DNA from: Candidatus Bathyarchaeia archaeon
GTDB lineage: Archaea; Thermoproteota; Bathyarchaeia; Bathyarchaeales; Bathycorpusculaceae
Length of the DNA stretch: 64,000 nucleotides
Reading direction: 5' to 3'
Assembly: GCA_041946875.1 (NCBI GenBank)
Contig: JBHGBG010000001.1
Coordinates: forward strand, 10,996 to 74,995
The translations under genes and the position numbers were made by a program. The notes under the pieces were generated by a model. The model did no database searches and was not told where the DNA came from. It saw only the letters and a program-made list of their open reading frames with translations. This document shows positions 7,846 through 16,946 of this stretch, one piece after another; within the stretch, counting starts at the first letter, position 1; the number at the start of each line of letters is the position of its first letter.

Positions 7846-10566
7846 ATGAGCTACTGCATTGAGACTAGTTCATTCTGCAGACTGGTGAAACAAGGGTTGG
7901 GCATCGAAAACCTGAACAAGATATTTAATCCGCAGAGAATCGCCGTCATCGGCGCAAGCGACCGGGAGGACTCGTTGGGCGCTAAGATTCTCCGCAACCT
8001 CATAGGCGTGGGCTATAAGGGGACGGTTTTTCCTGTAAACCCCTTCAGGCAGGTCGTGCAGGGCATCATGGCTTACCCCAGCGTGAGCAAGATTCCGCGC
8101 AGAGTCGACCTTGCCATCGTCGCCACGCCGGCGCACACGGTGCCGCAGATCGTGGAAGAATGTGGGAAGACCGGGGTTTCAGGCGTCGTCATCACATCCG
8201 CGGGCTTCAGGGAGGCAGGCGAAGACGGCGAAGCGCTGGAGCGGCAGATACTTGAGCACAAGCGAAAGTACGGCATGCGCATCATCGGACCGAACAGCTT
8301 CGGCATCATCCGACCCAAGGCAGGGCTGTACGCCACGTTTGGCGACAAGAAAGCGAGACCGGGAAAAATCGCGTTCATTTCCCAGAGCGCCGCCTTGTGT
8401 GCTTCGGCTTTGGATTGGGCGCAGGAGGCGCAGGTGGGTTTCAGCGCTGTGATTTCGACGGGCTCGATGATTGACGTCGACTTGGGGGACCTGATTGATT
8501 TCTTCGGCACGGACGCTCAGACGAGGAGCATCGTGCTGTACGTGGAGTCGATTAAGAATGCGCGGAACTTCATGAGCGCCGCCCGAGGGTTCGCCCGGAC
8601 CAAACCTATAGTCGTCGTGCGAGCTGGGCGCTTCAAGGAGAGCAGCGTTCCTGCGCTGTCGCACAGTGGGAACATTGCAGGTGAGGATGCGGTTTACGAT
8701 GCGGCTTTCCGCCGAGCGGGCATCGTTAGAGTCGGCGCCATTAGCGACTTGTTTGACTGTGCCGAGGCTTTGGCTATGCAGCCGAACCCAACTGGGCCTA
8801 ACCTGACGATAATCACGAACGCTGGCGGACCGGGAATCATGGCGACGGACAGCCTCATCGCGAAGGGCGGGAAGCTGTCGAAGCTGAGCACGGAGACGGT
8901 GGAGGGTTTGCGGCGTGTGCTTCCGTCCTACTGCAGTCTGGCGAATCCCGTGGATATCTTCGAGGAAGCCACGCCCGAGCGGTTCAGGGTAGCGTTGGAG
9001 CTTTGTCTGCAGGACAAGGCTAGCAACGGCTACTTGGTCATTTACACGCCTCAGGGCGCCTCGGAGCCGTTTGCCATCGCGAAGGTCGTGGTGGGCTTGG
9101 CGAAGCAAACGAAGAAGCCCGTGCTCGTTTCGCTGATGAGCGTGGACCCCAGGTGCAACAGGGCGAAGCGTTTCCTGCAGAGCAACGGCGTGCCCGTGTT
9201 CAGCACGCCTGAGCAGGCGGTTTCGACGTTTATGTACATGTACAGCTACACGCAGAACCTTGGGCTTCTGTACGAGACGCCTGAAGAGGTGCCGCTGGAG
9301 TTGACGGTTCCCGCTTCCCTGAGGGCGGTGCTGAAGAGCGTTTATTGTGATGGGCGACAGGTTCTGACGCTTGCGGAGTCGCTTCGTTTCCTGGAGGGCT
9401 ATCGGATTCCTGTGGCGAAGACTATGGTGGCGCGTTCCGGGAATGAAGCTGAGGCTTTGGCTTCGAAGCTGGGTTACCCAGTGGTGATGAAGGCTTTGTC
9501 TCCTCAGGTTTCGCACAAGTCACAGATCGAAGGCGTGGTTCTCAACGTCTGCTCCAGCTTGGAGGTTCACACCTTCTTCGGCGAGCTGGAGAAGCGCGTC
9601 AAGAAATTCAGCGCCACGGCAGAGTTTCAGGGTGTGATGCTTCAGCCGATGATTCGAAGCAGGGGGCTGGAGCTGCTGGTGGGTTCGAAGAAGGACCCTC
9701 AGTTTGGCTCCGTCATCCTGTTCGGCATGGGCGGTTCAGCTGCGGAACTGTACAAGGATGTCAGTCTGGGGTTTCCTCCGCTGAACCAGGTTCTTGCGCG
9801 GAACCTGATAGAGGGCACAGCGGTTTACAGGCAGGCTTCGGCTCTGGGCGTCCCGCTCAACGCAAAAGCCCTGGAGGAAGTTTTGGTAAAGTTCTCGCAG
9901 ATGATTGTGGACCTGCCCGAAATCAAGGAGGTGGACATCAACCCGCTCATCGTGGACAAGGCAGGCGCCGTCGCCGTTGACGCCAGAATAGTCCTCGATG
10001 CGGACAGGATGACACACAAGGTTGTTCCGCACGAGCATCTGGTGATCGCGCCTTATCCGCAGAAGTACGTAAGCCGGTGGAAGCTGAAAAGTGGCGTTCC
10101 GGTGGTGCTTCGTCCCATCAAGCCTGAGGACGAGGGCATGTTCAACGAGCTTTTTAAGTCGCTGTCGGAGGAGACGATGCGGTTCCGGTTCTTCGAGATC
10201 ATCAAGGAGCTGCCCCACGAAACGCTGACACGCTACTGCAATCTGGATTATGATAGGGAAATCGCCATCGTTGCCGAACTGAAAGAAAACAACAGGCAAA
10301 TCATCGGTGCGATTAGGCTGATCTTGGAGCCGGATGGAAAAAGCGGGGAGTACGCGGTGCTCGTAGGCGACAAGTGGCACGGCGAGGGGCTGGGAAAGAA
10401 GCTGATGGAAACCATAATTGGCATCGCAAGGGGCATGCGGCTGGAGAAGGTTTTCGGCTTCGTCGTTGCGAACAACTACAAGATGCTCAGGGTCTGCGAA
10501 CGGTTAGGCTTCAGCAAGGAAGAGTATGACGAGAATACGCTGAAAGTGACGTTGCCGCTGTCCTGA
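7846..10566 (+). CDS. ADP-forming acetyl-CoA synthetase family protein (fused alpha/beta domains) with C-terminal GNAT acetyltransferase domain (Pat-like architecture)
   Basis: CoA-binding N-terminus (IAVIGASDREDSLGAKILRNL), a succinyl-CoA-synthetase-like flavodoxin domain and an ATP-grasp domain (GYPVVMKALSPQVSHKSQIEGVVLNV). The C-terminal GNAT domain shows RFRFFEII...GEGLGKKLME. Start moved to the ATG at 7846; the track's extension to 7573 is antisense to npdG. Confidence 0.8.
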   Translation: MSYCIETSSFCRLVKQGLGIENLNKIFNPQRIAVIGASDREDSLGAKILRNLIGVGYKGTVFPVNPFRQVVQGIMAYPSVSKIPRRVDLAIVATPAHTVPQIVEECGKTGVSGVVITSAGFREAGEDGEALERQILEHKRKYGMRIIGPNSFGIIRPKAGLYATFGDKKARPGKIAFISQSAALCASALDWAQEAQVGFSAVISTGSMIDVDLGDLIDFFGTDAQTRSIVLYVESIKNARNFMSAARGFARTKPIVVVRAGRFKESSVPALSHSGNIAGEDAVYDAAFRRAGIVRVGAISDLFDCAEALAMQPNPTGPNLTIITNAGGPGIMATDSLIAKGGKLSKLSTETVEGLRRVLPSYCSLANPVDIFEEATPERFRVALELCLQDKASNGYLVIYTPQGASEPFAIAKVVVGLAKQTKKPVLVSLMSVDPRCNRAKRFLQSNGVPVFSTPEQAVSTFMYMYSYTQNLGLLYETPEEVPLELTVPASLRAVLKSVYCDGRQVLTLAESLRFLEGYRIPVAKTMVARSGNEAEALASKLGYPVVMKALSPQVSHKSQIEGVVLNVCSSLEVHTFFGELEKRVKKFSATAEFQGVMLQPMIRSRGLELLVGSKKDPQFGSVILFGMGGSAAELYKDVSLGFPPLNQVLARNLIEGTAVYRQASALGVPLNAKALEEVLVKFSQMIVDLPEIKEVDINPLIVDKAGAVAVDARIVLDADRMTHKVVPHEHLVIAPYPQKYVSRWKLKSGVPVVLRPIKPEDEGMFNELFKSLSEETMRFRFFEIIKELPHETLTRYCNLDYDREIAIVAELKENNRQIIGAIRLILEPDGKSGEYAVLVGDKWHGEGLGKKLMETIIGIARGMRLEKVFGFVVANNYKMLRVCERLGFSKEEYDENTLKVTLPLS

Positions 10567-10580
10567 GCTGGGCAGGCTGG

Positions 10581-10639
10581 GTGGACCTACCCTCTATAGG
10601 TTTCTGCATCGAGTTTCTATTAGGCTCCAAATATGTTCG
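10581..10639 (+). repeat. Intergenic repeat family, copy R1
   Basis: GTGGACCTACCCTCTATAGGTTTCTGCATCGAGTTTCTATTAGGCTCCAAATATGTTCG. Near-identical copies are at 28674, 50534 and 50611, all on the same strand. Confidence 0.8.
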
Positions 10640-10683
10640 AATTCTCTTGGGAGTCGCGTGCACAGCTCTGCGCCGGTTTGCTG

Positions 10684-11748
10684 TTAGCCGATTAGTCTTC
10701 TGATGATGGGAATTTTCTTCAGAAGAATGACGATTCCAAGCGTGATGAAGAAGGTTATAGCGGTGATTAGGGGAATTTCGAGAACTGGGTCCATCGTGGC
10801 GAGGCTGATTTGGAATCCGAGGTAACCTTTCTGCAGTGTCTCCATGACCATGACGTGCATCAGGTAGATGGGCAGCGTGTATTGGCTAATCAGGTGAAGC
10901 AGTCGGTTTGCGCGTGGAAGGCTGATGTTCAGCTGGGCTGAGGAGACTTTGTTGAGCAGCAGAAACATGGCAACTGATGTTAGAATCACGTTGGCGCTTG
11001 AGGCATCGTAAAAGAACTGGCCGACACGTTCTCCGATCGTGCCCGTCACGACGTAGGTTGCGAGTATCGTTAGCACGTATCCTGAAAAGACCAAAATGTA
11101 CAGGGTTAAGGTGCGCCACTGCATTCGTTGTATGTATGCGCCGAGGAGGAAGTAGCCGAGCCATCCTGTCATTATGAAGACACCGCCGTTTAGGCTGTAG
11201 GGCGTGAGCAGGCTTATGAGAGGCACGAGAGCCGTACCTGTGAACCACAGCAGCAGGAAGTATCGGATGAGTTTCCAGTCTGCATAACCGACAAGTATCC
11301 GCAGCAGTGGAGCGATTAGGTAGAGTCCGACGAGTATGTAGAGGAACCAGAAGTGGTTGTATGGACCCATGAGTATGCCCTGCAAGATTGAAGACGAAGT
11401 CAGCGTCTCGTGGTTGACGAAGGCTCGCCACGCGAAGTATGCAGCTCCCCAAAAAACGAAGGGCAGGGCGATTCGGTTTAGCCGTTTCTTGAAGTACACG
11501 CCGAGGGGTTCATTGCTTTTGCTCGGTTGAAGCAACAACGCACCAGTCAGCATCACGAACAATGGGACGCAGGGTCTAGCTATGGAGTCGTAGATGTTCA
11601 CCGACCACCAAGAGGAAACGCCAGCAGGAGACATCAGGTCGGCGATTTGATACGGCTCTACCGCTGCGTGGAGCAGGATAACAAGTATGATGGCTACTGT
11701 GCGGATGAGGTCAACGGGTAGAGAGATGTCCCCAGCCTTTGGGTCCAA
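10684..11748 (-). CDS. Acyltransferase family 3 membrane protein
   Basis: About 10 TM segments. The N-terminus DLIRTVAIILVILLHA is typical of the acyltransferase_3 family. Confidence 0.7.
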   Translation of the reverse strand: MDPKAGDISLPVDLIRTVAIILVILLHAAVEPYQIADLMSPAGVSSWWSVNIYDSIARPCVPLFVMLTGALLLQPSKSNEPLGVYFKKRLNRIALPFVFWGAAYFAWRAFVNHETLTSSSILQGILMGPYNHFWFLYILVGLYLIAPLLRILVGYADWKLIRYFLLLWFTGTALVPLISLLTPYSLNGGVFIMTGWLGYFLLGAYIQRMQWRTLTLYILVFSGYVLTILATYVVTGTIGERVGQFFYDASSANVILTSVAMFLLLNKVSSAQLNISLPRANRLLHLISQYTLPIYLMHVMVMETLQKGYLGFQISLATMDPVLEIPLITAITFFITLGIVILLKKIPIIRRLIG

Positions 11749-11879
11749 ATTCCTGCCCCTTCATCGGACACATTTCTCTGGGCACGGATTTGTTAATAAG
11801 ACTTTAGCATAAAACCTGAAACCGGTTGGACTTTCGAGAAAAGGACAGTTTTGACTCTCAGAAAAGAAGAAAGGTTTGC

Positions 11880-12077
11880 TTTGTGTTTGAGCATGTTCTC
11901 AAGCGTCGGGCGCAGTTTCGCGTTCTCCGCCTGAATCTTCGCCTTGCCCAGCGCCTTCATGTCCGCGTCGATTTCCTTGATGACCTCAGCGCAGTAAACG
12001 TCTTCAGCCTTGGATACACATTCCGCGCCAAACCGCTGTTTACTCATACACGGCTTGAGGGAGTGTTCGAAGAACAT
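11880..12077 (-). pseudogene. Orphan 3'-terminal fragment of an hdrA/mvhD paralogue
   Basis: MSKQRFGAECVSKAEDVYCAEVIKEIDADMKALGKAKIQAENAKLRPTLENMLKHK aligns with the last ~57 aa of the intact HdrA-MvhD (MSEQRFRVEYVSAAEGIHYAEVIREIDADMKALGNDKIKAENAKLKPILENMLKPKK). Nothing upstream of it is HdrA-like. Confidence 0.55.
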
Positions 12078-12136
12078 AAAAGAAGCTGCGAAGTAAGTGT
12101 GAGCTAACGGCTAAGCCCGAAGCGGCTGGCGGCAAC

Positions 12137-12730
12137 TTGACCGACGACAGAGAACCCTTTGTTGTCCTTCGTGGAGTGTCAAAAAACTACTTCAATTTCC
12201 GCGCCTTAGACGACATTTCTTTTGAAATCAATGAAGGAGAAATCTTTGGCTACATAGGTCCAAACGGCGCGGGAAAAACCACGACCATGAAAATCTTGGT
12301 CGGACTCATCAGCGATTTCCAAGGCGAAGTGCTCCTTGGCGGGTACAGAGTGCCTGAGAAAAAAGAGGAAGTGCATAAACTGTTGGGTTACCTTCCTCAG
12401 AACGTGACGTTCCAAGAGTGGCGAACAGTGAACCACGCGCTGACGACCTTCGGAAGGCTTTCAGGTCTAACTGCGGAGCAGGTTGAAAGTCGCATCCCTG
12501 AAGTGCTGAATTTGGTTTCTTTGTCGGATGTTCGGCACAAGAAGATTTCTCAGCTGTCTGGGGGCATGACCCAGAAAGTGGGTTTAGCCCAAGCACTTCT
12601 CCATGAGCCGAAGCTTCTGGTTCTGGACGAACCGCTAGGTGGACTTGACCCGTTGATCCGCCACCAGTTCAAGGAAGTTGTCTCGGAGCTGGGCAAACGG
12701 GGCACCACTGTTCTGTTTTCTTCCCAGGGG
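12137..12730 (+). pseudogene. ABC transporter ATP-binding protein, 3'-truncated
   Basis: Walker A GPNGAGKTT, Q-loop, signature LSGGMTQK and Walker B LLVLDEP are present. Homology stops at TVLFSS, where the H-loop His should follow. The ORF tail to 12889 is simply antisense to the hdrA 3' end. There is no permease partner. Confidence 0.6.
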
Positions 12731-12748
12731 AGAAAGAGAGCGTCGCCG

Positions 12749-15211
12749 CTATTTCTTGGGTTTCAGCATGTTCTCGAGGATGGGCTTCAGCTTGGCGTTT
12801 TCGGCTTTGATTTTGTCGTTGCCCAGTGCCTTCATGTCTGCGTCGATTTCGCGGATGACTTCGGCGTAGTGTATGCCTTCTGCCGCTGAGACGTATTCGA
12901 CGCGGAACCGTTGCTCGCTCATGCCCAGCTTCGTCAGCATGCCTTTCAAGGCGTCGGTTCGGGCTTTCATCTTGTAGTTTCCGCTGATGTAGTGGCAGTC
13001 GTAGGGCAGGTGGCACGCGCCCACAAGGACCATGCCTGCGCCCAAGCGCAGGGCTTCGAGGATGAATTCGCGGTTGACTCTGCCCGAGCACATGACGCGG
13101 ATGGCTCGTACGCTTGGAGGGTACTCGAAGCGGCTTGTGCCTGCGAGGTCTGCGCCTGCGTAGCTGCACCAGTTGCAGAGGATAGCCAGAATTTTCTCTT
13201 CAGGCTTGTCCTCGAGCGCCGCACGAATCTGCGCCATGATTTGGGCGTTGGTGAAGTGCATCTGGGTGATGGCGCCTTGGGGGCATTCTGCGACGCATGT
13301 GCCGCATCCGTGACAGCTTGCCGTGATTATGTGCGCAGGCTTGTTGGGTTCGATTCTTATGGCTCCGTAGGGGCATTTGCTCTCGCAGACTCCGCACTTG
13401 GCGGTTTTGTTTCTGCATTTGGTCTCGTCAACGACGCTGACGATGGGTTCAATCTTCCACTTCGGCTTGCTGATGACCGTGGCTGCGCGTGAGGCGGCGC
13501 CGCTGCCCTGCGAAACGCTCGCGGGAATGTCCTTAAGCCCTTGGCAGGCGCCCGCGTAGAACACGCCGTCAGTCGGCGCGTCCATCGGCTTCAGCTTGGG
13601 GTGGCTCTCCATGAAGAAGCCGTCTGCGCCGCGTGATAGGTTGAGGATGCGGGCTATGTCAGCGGAGCCCTTCTTGGGAATGGACGCCGTTGCCAAGACG
13701 ACCATTTCCGCTTCAAGCTCAATGGGCATGCCGAGCGTCTGGTCTTCGCTGTGCAGGATGAGGTTGTGCGTCACGGGGTCTTCGTCGATGCGGCTGACGC
13801 GTCCGCGGATGAAGTTGACGCCTCGTTCGCGGGCTCGGTCGTAGAATTCCTCGTAGCCTTTGCCTGGGCTGCGGATGTCCATGTAGAAAACGGACACTTC
13901 GACGTCTTCCTTGTACTTCTCCTTCAGCTGCACGACGTGCTTCAGCGTGTACATGCAGCAGTAGTTGCTGCAGTAGGGGTACTTGTTCTTATCGCGGCTG
14001 CCGACGCACTGGATGAACGCCACACTGTGCGGCTTTTTGCCGTCGGATTGCCGAATGACTTTGCCGCCTGTGGGTCCAGCGGCGAGAATCAGCCGTTCGA
14101 ACTCCATGCTCGTTATGACGTTGGGGTACTTCCCGTAGCCGAGCAGCGGCATGTCGTAGGGCAGGTACACGTCGAAGCCTGTGCTGACGATTATGGCGCC
14201 GACTTCGATGTTGATTTCTTCGGGTTTTTGCTCGAAGTCTATGGCTTCGCGGGCGCCGCAAGCGTCCACGCACTTGTAGCATTCGATGCAGTAGTCCTTG
14301 TTCACGGTGTAAATCAGCGGCACTGCCTGGTCGAACGGCACCGAAATCGCTTTTCGAGTGCCCACGTTCATGTCCCACTCGTTGGGGAACTCGATGGGGC
14401 AGGCGTCTTTGCATTCGCCGCAGCCCGTGCACTTGTCGGCTTTGACGTAGCGGGGTTTCTTGTTGATTTTGACTTTGAAGTTGCCGATGTAGCCGTCGAC
14501 CTTGACGAGGTCGGCGTTGCTGATTATCTGGATGTTCGGGTGGCGTCCGCAGTCCACCATCTTCGGTCCTTCGATGCAGATGCTGCAGTCCAACGTCGGG
14601 AAGGTCTTGTCCAGGGCTGCCATGTGTCCGCCGATGCTTTCGGTGTTTTCGAGCATGTAGACTTTGAAGCCCATCTCCGCCAGGTCCAGCGCGGCGTTCA
14701 TGCCTGCGATGCCTCCGCCGATTATGAGGGCCTTGTTCGTGACGGGCACCTCGATGGTCTGCAGGGGCATCATTAGGCGTGCTTTGGCGACTGCCATGCG
14801 TACCGCGTCCTTCGCCCGTTCAGTGGCTTCCTGAGGCGTGTTGGGGTGGCACCAGGACGCGAACTCGCGGATGTTAGCCATCTCGAACAGGAACGGGTTC
14901 AACCCCGCCTCGGAAACTGTGCGTCGGAAGGTGGCTTCGTGCATTCTGGGTGAGCAGGCGGCGACGATAACGCGGTTCAGCTTGTGCTCCCTGATGCCCT
15001 TGCGGATTTCTTCCTGTCCTGGGTCAGCGCAGGTGTAGCGGTTCTCTTTAACGTAAACCACGTCGGGAATCGTCTTAGCGTACTCGACGACCTGTTTTAT
15101 GTCCACGGTGCCCGCGATGTTCAGACCACAGTGGCAGACGAAGACGCCTACCCGCAGGGGTTCAGGCGCCGGTGGTGGTGCGGGTTGTTTCGGTGTTTCT
15201 GGAGTGCTCAT
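12749..15211 (-). CDS. hdrA: Heterodisulfide reductase subunit A fused to an MvhD (methyl-viologen-reducing hydrogenase delta) domain
   Basis: N-terminal VFVCHCGLNIAG, FAD motif IIGGGIAGMNAALDLAEMG and four CxxCxxCxxxCP ferredoxin motifs. The C-terminal MvhD signature is ILCNWCSYAGADLAG...VMCSGRV. Confidence 0.9.
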   Translation of the reverse strand: MSTPETPKQPAPPPAPEPLRVGVFVCHCGLNIAGTVDIKQVVEYAKTIPDVVYVKENRYTCADPGQEEIRKGIREHKLNRVIVAACSPRMHEATFRRTVSEAGLNPFLFEMANIREFASWCHPNTPQEATERAKDAVRMAVAKARLMMPLQTIEVPVTNKALIIGGGIAGMNAALDLAEMGFKVYMLENTESIGGHMAALDKTFPTLDCSICIEGPKMVDCGRHPNIQIISNADLVKVDGYIGNFKVKINKKPRYVKADKCTGCGECKDACPIEFPNEWDMNVGTRKAISVPFDQAVPLIYTVNKDYCIECYKCVDACGAREAIDFEQKPEEINIEVGAIIVSTGFDVYLPYDMPLLGYGKYPNVITSMEFERLILAAGPTGGKVIRQSDGKKPHSVAFIQCVGSRDKNKYPYCSNYCCMYTLKHVVQLKEKYKEDVEVSVFYMDIRSPGKGYEEFYDRARERGVNFIRGRVSRIDEDPVTHNLILHSEDQTLGMPIELEAEMVVLATASIPKKGSADIARILNLSRGADGFFMESHPKLKPMDAPTDGVFYAGACQGLKDIPASVSQGSGAASRAATVISKPKWKIEPIVSVVDETKCRNKTAKCGVCESKCPYGAIRIEPNKPAHIITASCHGCGTCVAECPQGAITQMHFTNAQIMAQIRAALEDKPEEKILAILCNWCSYAGADLAGTSRFEYPPSVRAIRVMCSGRVNREFILEALRLGAGMVLVGACHLPYDCHYISGNYKMKARTDALKGMLTKLGMSEQRFRVEYVSAAEGIHYAEVIREIDADMKALGNDKIKAENAKLKPILENMLKPKK

Positions 15212-16140
15212 CTTATGACCTCCTCAGTGACGAAGCGTCGGGCAACCGTTTCTCGGGCTTTCTTGGAGCCTGTGGCTTTCAGCTCCTTCACAGCGTCCAC
15301 GGGCGACGTGATGCGCTGCAGAGTCTTGTTCCAGGTTCCCGAATGAATAGGAGTATGCAGTACCTTCGTGCGCTTCAGCGTCAGAGCCTCGGGTACGGGG
15401 CAAACGGCTTTGCAGGCGCCGCAGTAGACGCACGTGGCTTCGTTAACGTTCACTTTGCCGTTGGCAACGGTCAGCGTGCCCGTGATGGGGCAGACGTCCG
15501 CGCAGTCGGTGCAGCCTTCGGGGCATTTGGCTTGGTCGATGCTGATTTTTCCTTCGAAGGTCTTGCGCATCTTGATGACGCCGGGCGGGCACTTGTATTC
15601 GCATGCCCTACAGGTGGGGCACTTCTCTTTGGGAATGTCCACGCTGACCACAACGTGTCTTCGCTGGCTGGGGGACAATGCGTTTACGTCCTCGACGGGT
15701 TTGCCGTCGTACGTGACCTTCGTTATTTTTAACTGGTCGAGTGGGCAGGCTTCGGCGCAGGCGACGCAGTCCTTGGGGCAGTTGCGCGTGTCGATTTTGA
15801 TGTCTCGGATGAGCTCCGGAAAGCTCTCTTTCGCCACCACGTTTAGGTTGTGCTCGCCGTTCAAAGTGACTTTTATGGCGCCGAAAGGACAGACTATGTC
15901 GCATACGCCGCAGAAGTTGCATTTGGCAAGGTCTATGTCGACCTTGGCTTTCTGAGCTTTCCCGCCTGTCGCTTTCTGCTGTTTCGTCAGCTTAATGGCT
16001 TCTTTTGGGCAGGCTAAGCTGCAGATTTCGCAGCCTGCGCATTGGGCTTTGTCCAAGGCGAGTTTGTAATTCTTGACGTGTAAAATCCATTCTAGCGTGA
16101 GTGCGTTTGCCGTGTCGAGTTTTTGGGTTTTTAACGGCAT
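15208..16140 (-). CDS. Polyferredoxin (multiple 4Fe-4S clusters)
   Basis: At least six CxxCxxCxxxCP-type motifs (CAGCEICSLACP, CNFCGVCDIVCP, CPTCRACEYKCP, CVYCGACKAVCP and others). ATGA start/stop overlap with hdrA. Confidence 0.8.
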   Translation of the reverse strand: MPLKTQKLDTANALTLEWILHVKNYKLALDKAQCAGCEICSLACPKEAIKLTKQQKATGGKAQKAKVDIDLAKCNFCGVCDIVCPFGAIKVTLNGEHNLNVVAKESFPELIRDIKIDTRNCPKDCVACAEACPLDQLKITKVTYDGKPVEDVNALSPSQRRHVVVSVDIPKEKCPTCRACEYKCPPGVIKMRKTFEGKISIDQAKCPEGCTDCADVCPITGTLTVANGKVNVNEATCVYCGACKAVCPVPEALTLKRTKVLHTPIHSGTWNKTLQRITSPVDAVKELKATGSKKARETVARRFVTEEVIR

Positions 16141-16328
16141 GTGTCTTGTCCACCGTTACAGACAGGGATGCGATGCGCTGAAGTTTGGGTTTTCAGCGCT
16201 CTACAACCGTCTATTGGAAATTTGAGTGCGTTTGTTTGGATATAAATATTCCCTGAAGAACATTGAGAATCACACATCAATCTCAAATGAACCGAGGGAT
16301 ACGTGAAAAACCGCGGAATCATGGTTTC

Positions 16329-16895
16329 TTAGGTTTTAACGTTCACGGTTACGTAACACCTGAGCGCCTCATCATCCTTGAAGAAGACGACCCGCAACCC
16401 TGCCCGAGTCAACATTCTGCCCAGTGCCTTCAGGGAAATCGCCTTCTTCAAGCCAGTCACGACCAGGGAGCCGTCCTGCCGAAGGGCTCGCTTGGCTTCC
16501 CTCAGGGTCTCGACGGGTTTGGGCATGTTCTGGAGAACCGTGAAAACAAAGACTGACCTGAAGAAGGCATCTCGGAAGGGCAGGTGGTCCGCGTCAGCTT
16601 GAACCACGTAGATATTGCCGCACGCTTTGGCGCGGTCTCTCGCCTTGAGCAGCAGCGTGCGCGAGATGTCCACTCCAACGAGCGCCTTAGCCTTCTCGAT
16701 TGCGTGGCGGAAGAACAGCCCCGTGCCGCATCCAACATCCAAAACAGCACTATCGCGGCTTAGGCTGAGGCATTGGAGGGCTGCTTGGTACTTGGCTTCC
16801 TGCTCCTCGCTGTACCGTTCGTCGTACATCTGCGCCGTCAGGTCGTAGCGGCGCTTGACCGCGCGCTTCCTGCTCCAAGTGCTCACTGTCACCAA
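16329..16895 (-). CDS. Class I SAM-dependent methyltransferase
   Basis: Motif I VLDVGCGTGLF, then the DADHLPF motif. Confidence 0.7.
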   Translation of the reverse strand: MVTVSTWSRKRAVKRRYDLTAQMYDERYSEEQEAKYQAALQCLSLSRDSAVLDVGCGTGLFFRHAIEKAKALVGVDISRTLLLKARDRAKACGNIYVVQADADHLPFRDAFFRSVFVFTVLQNMPKPVETLREAKRALRQDGSLVVTGLKKAISLKALGRMLTRAGLRVVFFKDDEALRCYVTVNVKT

Positions 16896-16946
16896 CGCTC
16901 AGAACTCTTATGTACGCGGCGCATGTAAAACTATTCCTGAACCGCC

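Noticed and set aside
8179-9516. 445-aa minus-strand ORF
   Set aside because: It is antisense to the acs-GNAT gene. It is Arg/Leu/His-rich and low in complexity, with no recognisable domain.
12731-12889. C-terminal 50 aa of the ABC ATPase track ORF
   Set aside because: It has no ABC homology, and from about 12749 it is simply the open antisense frame of the hdrA 3' end. The gene is therefore treated as truncated.
13751-14776. 341-aa plus-strand ORF
   Set aside because: It is antisense to hdrA. The composition is Val/Ala/Asp/His-rich shadow-frame material.
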